Below, in pieces: positions 54,526-58,667 of a stretch of 58,667 nt of DNA. A model generated the notes under the pieces. It searched no databases. It had not been told where the DNA came from and was given only the letters and a program-made list of their open reading frames with translations. The first letter of the stretch is position 1; the number at the start of each line of letters is the position of its first letter. Both the position numbers and the translations under genes were made by a program. This stretch comes from a virus. Lineage: Duplodnaviria > Caudoviricetes. The stretch lies in the IMG/VR virus record IMGVR_UViG_3300025082_000009, positions 1 through 58,667 of that record, one strand, 5' to 3'.

Positions 54526-54852
54526 ATGGCTAAACGATATGACAACTGGTATGTGAGCCAAATCGAGATAAGCCTTGATGCTGAAGGGCGTTTGCAGGGC
54601 TATGAGAGCGTTCTGACGGTGCCCGAAGCATCAAAGAGCAAGATAGCGGGTCATAGAATGGCAACGTCTAGCCTGTCGCGATTTAAAGCGATTGGCATTG
54701 AGAACATCTTCCTGTGTGAACCTAACCATAAACGCTACTCCAAACTCTTGAGAGAGCAGAATAAAAGAAACAAGGTCAGAAAGATGTCTAAAAGAGAGAT
54801 TGAAAAGATCATGTCATCAGACCTAAAAGATGAAACACCCACAGCGTTGTGA
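54526..54852 (+). CDS. Hypothetical basic protein
   Basis: GAGGA SD. Confidence 0.55.
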   Translation: MAKRYDNWYVSQIEISLDAEGRLQGYESVLTVPEASKSKIAGHRMATSSLSRFKAIGIENIFLCEPNHKRYSKLLREQNKRNKVRKMSKREIEKIMSSDLKDETPTAL

Positions 54853-55043
54853 TGAAAGCGGGCGATTTAGCGTGTTACTTGACACATAGTTGTGTGCCTG
54901 TACTTTTATTAAGGAAGGGCACCAATAACGATTGGGATAGGTGGGACACTTGGATAGTCAGCCTAAACGGTAAAGAGGTGGAAGCATGGAGCCAGAACCT
55001 TGTACCATGGAAAGACAGAGAGAAGGAAAACATTAAGACATGA
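54852..55043 (+). CDS. KOW/SH3-like small protein
   Basis: MKAGDLACY. Confidence 0.55.
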   Translation: MKAGDLACYLTHSCVPVLLLRKGTNNDWDRWDTWIVSLNGKEVEAWSQNLVPWKDREKENIKT

Positions 55044-55408
55044 AACATTGGAAGCCATGGTTCTATGAGAACAGCAGATTGCCCGCCGCGCTATCGAAGG
55101 TCGCGCCGATTGATATATGGGCGATCAGCATTGGCCCGTTTGTATGGTGCAAGGGCACACTAACCGAACGAGACAAGAGACACGAAACAATACATTATCA
55201 ACAGCAGCTAGAACTGTTGTTTGTTGTACAGTGGGTTTTATATTTTTTGTTTTACGCTATAGCGTTGGTTAGATATAGGAGCGGACTGTTGGCATACTTC
55301 AATAATCCATTTGAGGTTGAAGCATATAATAACGAGAATGATGAAGATTATTTATTAACTCGAAAGCGATGGAACTGGATTAGATCCTCGCGAGACTCAA
55401 ACAAATAA
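55040..55408 (+). CDS. HExxH zincin-like membrane-associated protein
   Basis: RHETIHYQQ, TM segment, NPFEVEAY. Confidence 0.65.
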   Translation: MKHWKPWFYENSRLPAALSKVAPIDIWAISIGPFVWCKGTLTERDKRHETIHYQQQLELLFVVQWVLYFLFYAIALVRYRSGLLAYFNNPFEVEAYNNENDEDYLLTRKRWNWIRSSRDSNK

Positions 55409-55422
55409 AGGAGGAAGAACTA

Positions 55423-55509
55423 ATGAAGTTTATTATTACAGCATTGATTACCATTATTGTATGGGAGAACAGATATACACTTATTCATTTAATAGAAGGT
55501 ATCAGCTAA
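55423..55509 (+). CDS. 28-aa hydrophobic peptide
   Basis: AAGGAGG SD; MKFIITALITIIVWENRY. Confidence 0.5.
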   Translation: MKFIITALITIIVWENRYTLIHLIEGIS

Positions 55510-55829
55510 TGGTTATATTATTATTTGTATTGCTGTTTGTTGTAGTGAGTAGTAGATAGTGGTGCATTGTGGTGTAAAGTGGTGTGCAGTGGTTTGTGGG
55601 CGTTTGCCCTGTGACTGTATACTTATAAGATAAATGTCGTTTGTTTTTTATATTGTTATATAAATGTGTTAAAACGGTGGTGGGTCTTAGTACTACAACG
55701 CCCACAATGTCAAGCACATTCTATTAATGTATTAAATGTATAGCATGCTAACCGCATGCCTGCGTTGCATTAAATGTGTCAGAGAGTAGAGAGAGATTAA
55801 TAAATGTGTCAGCATGTGAGGAGAGATTG

Positions 55830-55958
55830 ATGACAGTGCGAGAGAAGATGGAAGATGTATTAGCGATTGTGATGGCGGTTGCCGCCTTTTATGTGTTATG
55901 GACAGCCGCCGCGCTAGCCGATGCTAGCATTGTCGCGAGCAGTGCAGGGATACATTAA
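55830..55958 (+). CDS. Single-TM peptide
   Basis: GAGGAG SD; VLAIVMAVAAFYVLW. Confidence 0.45.
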   Translation: MTVREKMEDVLAIVMAVAAFYVLWTAAALADASIVASSAGIH

Positions 55959-56191
55959 AAGTAGATGCGGCCGCCTGATGTGTTATATGTTATACTTATT
56001 ATCGCATTATCGGCGTTTGTCGCTTACTCATCATAGCTTTGAGCCGTTACGTCAAGACTTTTTGTAACGCTAGCGCAATAATCGGCAGGCTCGACTGCAT
56101 GCGTTTTGATTAAGGTTTCCCTTATAGGGAGAGGAATAAAAGTATTAATGTGTCAAGACTTTGCGCGAGACTAAAGATAAAGGAATAATAA

Positions 56192-56263
56192 ATGGATAAT
56201 ATTATGCTAGCGACCCTTGCGGCTGTCGCTTTATTTGTGTTAGCATGTGTGTGCGTCCTATAA
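56192..56263 (+). CDS. 23-aa single-TM peptide
   Basis: AAGGA SD; MDNIMLATLAAVALFVLACVCVL. Confidence 0.4.
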   Translation: MDNIMLATLAAVALFVLACVCVL

Positions 56264-56290
56264 ATATATTATATAACAGGAGAGAAACGA

Positions 56291-56455
56291 ATGAGATTAA
56301 GAGAAAGAATAAAAAGATTAATACATAAACCTATAGACCAATCAACTACAGCCATGGCCACAGTGATCATCTTCGGTATAGTATATGTATCATGCATCCC
56401 TTACTTGCTAGGGAAGAAGACCGCCAAGCCATCGCATGACCCGATAGACTTTTAA
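56291..56455 (+). CDS. 54-aa single-TM peptide
   Basis: AGGAGAG SD; basic N-terminus then ATVIIFGIVYVSCIPYLL. Confidence 0.5.
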   Translation: MRLRERIKRLIHKPIDQSTTAMATVIIFGIVYVSCIPYLLGKKTAKPSHDPIDF

Positions 56456-56718
56456 TGCGCGAGACTTATAATATATATATTTATTGTTATATGCATTGCG
56501 CTTGAGACTTATAACATTAAATAACTTTAATACATAATACATTTAACGGGTGCCACCCCCTCCCCCCTCCTACCCAGAATGTATGTCTCTATATATGTAT
56601 TATATGTGTCAGGCGCGCTATACCCGTTCGCAATAGCGCCAAGAAATTCGCAGATCTAAAAAATGCCCCCAAAAATTTTCCAGACTATTTAAGGTATACC
56701 ACCGCAGGAGTAAGCGAA

Positions 56719-57018
56719 ATGAAGATTACCAGAGAACAACTTAAACAGATCATTTTAGAAGAGCTAAATGAATCAACCGGAGATGAAGTAATGAACGCCC
56801 TTGGAGATCAATACGGACCATCAAATCGATCTCAACTCGACGCCAAATTCACGCAGCACACAGCGGATTTTCAACACGTTGTCGACGAAATTACAAATGC
56901 CTACGGAAATGAACGGGTTAGAGATGTCGCCACCGAACTCGTAAGAATGATCGCCAACGAAGACGGTCTCAATACTGACACACTAGCATGGCCACGCGGG
57001 CGGAATAAACAAAAGTGA
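56719..57018 (+). CDS. MKIT..QL..II.EE family protein
   Basis: AGGAG SD; MKITREQLKQIILEEL. Confidence 0.75.
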   Translation: MKITREQLKQIILEELNESTGDEVMNALGDQYGPSNRSQLDAKFTQHTADFQHVVDEITNAYGNERVRDVATELVRMIANEDGLNTDTLAWPRGRNKQK

Positions 57019-57476
57019 AAATAACAAAAGCGCAACTAACTCAAATCATAGAAGAAGAGTTACAGAAAGTAGCAGAAGCCGCCGTGCCGGATCCCGTATG
57101 GGGTGGCCATACGTATACCAACCCAAAGCCGAAGATCGACTGTCCGCGGTTTGCAAAGGAGATTGCAGCGGACAAAGCCCAACTAGAAAACAACCCTAGC
57201 GAACTCGGACAAGTTTTTCTTCATAACAAAGAAGAACAATACAAAGCCAAGTGTCAGCCGGCGCCAAGTAGCGCCCTACAAGAAGGGTTCGAAAACTTTA
57301 CACCAGAGAATCTACGAATGGTTATCGATTCACTGATTCAAATGGGGATCCCCGCAGGGGGCGTAGTCGCGGCCGCCATGGCGTTAACGAATTTCTTCGA
57401 AGGTAAGCCGCGGGACTTAAGTGCCAAAGCAGATCTCTATGCAGCTGCAGAAGAAGAAGGTGCCAAGAGAAGTTAA
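57015..57476 (+). CDS. MKIT..QL..II.EE family protein
   Basis: MKITKAQLTQIIEEEL. Confidence 0.75.
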   Translation: MKITKAQLTQIIEEELQKVAEAAVPDPVWGGHTYTNPKPKIDCPRFAKEIAADKAQLENNPSELGQVFLHNKEEQYKAKCQPAPSSALQEGFENFTPENLRMVIDSLIQMGIPAGGVVAAAMALTNFFEGKPRDLSAKADLYAAAEEEGAKRS

Positions 57477-57511
57477 CGAAGGCTTTTTGCGCGGTAGGTC
57501 CTATCTACTAC

Positions 57512-57790
57512 ATGGGCAGATGTGTAGAAGGTAAGTATAAACTCCCCAGGGTGACGGATAATAAGTTTATGTGTCCATGCTGTGGGGCTCCGATTAATTG
57601 GACATGTCCCGGTGGCAATGGCACAAAGGGCTATGCATATTGTTCCAGGTCTATTAATGCTACACAAGTCTGGAGAAGGGGATATCGTCCTCCTGTGCCA
57701 TGTGTGTGGAAGGGTGAAGTCCGACGCCTGACGAACTTTAAGGTAGACATCTGGGATGATAGAGAGTGGACAAAGGAAGTGCTCTCCTAG
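57512..57790 (+). CDS. Cys-rich hypothetical protein
   Basis: CPCCG and further Cys. Confidence 0.5.
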   Translation: MGRCVEGKYKLPRVTDNKFMCPCCGAPINWTCPGGNGTKGYAYCSRSINATQVWRRGYRPPVPCVWKGEVRRLTNFKVDIWDDREWTKEVLS

Positions 57791-57803
57791 CTTATGTGTT
57801 GCC

Positions 57804-58061
57804 ATGGATATTACACCTAGAGTTTCGACCCAGTTTGTGGTGGGCGATTTAGTATTCTTTCTTGGGTATTACAAGAATTACCACGAGGCGAACGAATACG
57901 GAGTCGTACTTAGTGTCGATGAGCCGGGAGCATGGCAGGAAATGGTTTATCATGTGTTCTGGTTTGATCGTGCGTACTCGGGACAATATTCTGGCGGTCA
58001 ATTGGTGTTAGTCTATGAGATCGATCCGCAAACGAAAAATATTACGCTCAATAAGTGGTAG
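57804..58061 (+). CDS. KOW/SH3-like small protein
   Basis: FVVGDLVFF..YGVVL..HVFW..QLVLV. Confidence 0.55.
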   Translation: MDITPRVSTQFVVGDLVFFLGYYKNYHEANEYGVVLSVDEPGAWQEMVYHVFWFDRAYSGQYSGGQLVLVYEIDPQTKNITLNKW

Positions 58062-58114
58062 CGTGTTGGAAATGCGACTATTTATGAATGTATATGTGAT
58101 AGGAGTGTGAAATT

Positions 58115-58219
58115 ATGCGGTTGTTCTTGAATGAGTGGAGAAAATTTTTAACCGAAGATAGTGAAGGGGGTACGGTGGAAGATAGAGCGGCTAAAGTACA
58201 AGGAAATTTTTTAAAATGA
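58115..58219 (+). CDS. 34-aa peptide with NEWRKFLTE leader-like motif
   Basis: AGGAG SD; ATGA overlap with 58216. Confidence 0.4.
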   Translation: MRLFLNEWRKFLTEDSEGGTVEDRAAKVQGNFLK

Positions 58220-58503
58220 AAATCACAAAACAACAACTTAAAGACATTATTAAAGAAGAGATAGCTGCAGTTTTCGAAGAGGCTAATCGCACTGAAAAGG
58301 GAAATGTTACCCAAAAGGCCCGAGAAAAATATGCAACAGTAGGTAAAGACAAGTTTCCTATTTTTGACAAGAAGAGCGCTGAAGCTGCTATTGATCTCCG
58401 TGGACATACTTCTAAAAAGAACCAGAAGAAGATTATTAACAAGGCTGCTAAGTATGCGCCAGAAGCTGCAAAAAAGGCTCGTGAAGTCGAAGCAGAAGAT
58501 TAA
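58216..58503 (+). CDS. MKIT..QL..II.EE family basic protein
   Basis: MKITKQQLKDIIKEEI. Confidence 0.75.
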   Translation: MKITKQQLKDIIKEEIAAVFEEANRTEKGNVTQKAREKYATVGKDKFPIFDKKSAEAAIDLRGHTSKKNQKKIINKAAKYAPEAAKKAREVEAED

Positions 58504-58507
58504 ACAT

Positions 58508-58667
58508 ATGAAAATCACAAAACAACAACTTAAACAGATTATTAAAGAAGAACTTTTTTATGAAAGCCAAGGATCCGTAGGAAATTTTGGTGGTGTTGTT
58601 GGGGGCTTGGCAAGCATGCGGCCGCCGCCGACAGAAGACACACCAGACTCGGTGATTCAACAACAAG
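58508..58667 (+). CDS. MKIT..QL..II.EE family protein, truncated by window end
   Basis: MKITKQQLKQIIKEELFYE; first 27 nt identical to 58216. Confidence 0.7.
   Translation, partial: MKITKQQLKQIIKEELFYESQGSVGNFGGVVGGLASMRPPPTEDTPDSVIQQQ

Noticed and set aside
55700-56160. Minus-strand sigma70 promoters at the (T)GTCAA sites
   Set aside because: No acceptable -10 hexamer at 16-18 nt spacing.
1-58667. Stop-codon reassignment
   Set aside because: Conserved long genes are uninterrupted in code 11, and TAA, TAG and TGA all terminate credible genes.

Overview
This window looks like part of a large (probably jumbo-type) tailed dsDNA phage genome; essentially every credible gene is on the + strand. 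About 0.2-25 kb is a replication, nucleotide-metabolism and protein-quality-control block: deaminase, 5'-3' exonuclease, DnaB-type helicase, class II RNR, DnaE, dUTPase, IMPDH/GMPR, DNA methyltransferases plus a PD-(D/E)xK nuclease, GroES, GroEL, two ClpP, a J-domain protein and an endolysin. About 26-35 kb holds probable late/virion-associated genes. Two tRNAs follow (Arg-UCU and an unusual Ile-UAU). The most striking part is 40-53 kb, where about 31 short ORFs (50-100 aa, KOW/SH3-like) start MKVGDLV. Most are chained through one conserved dual-coding DNA junction (GGAGGTGATCA-ATGAAAGTCGGTGATTTGGT) that is at once the SD, the LEVINESR* end of one gene and the MKVGDLV start of the next. The chains are grouped into modules, each headed by one of 8 copies of a fixed 56-bp triple-(-35) promoter element. 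Duplicated and internally deleted cassettes suggest active repeat-mediated shuffling. At 55.4-56.7 kb is an AT-rich, repeat-rich region with several unannotated membrane micro-ORFs, followed by a family of MKITxxQLxxIIxEE proteins. All functional calls come from motif recognition by eye; no database search was run.
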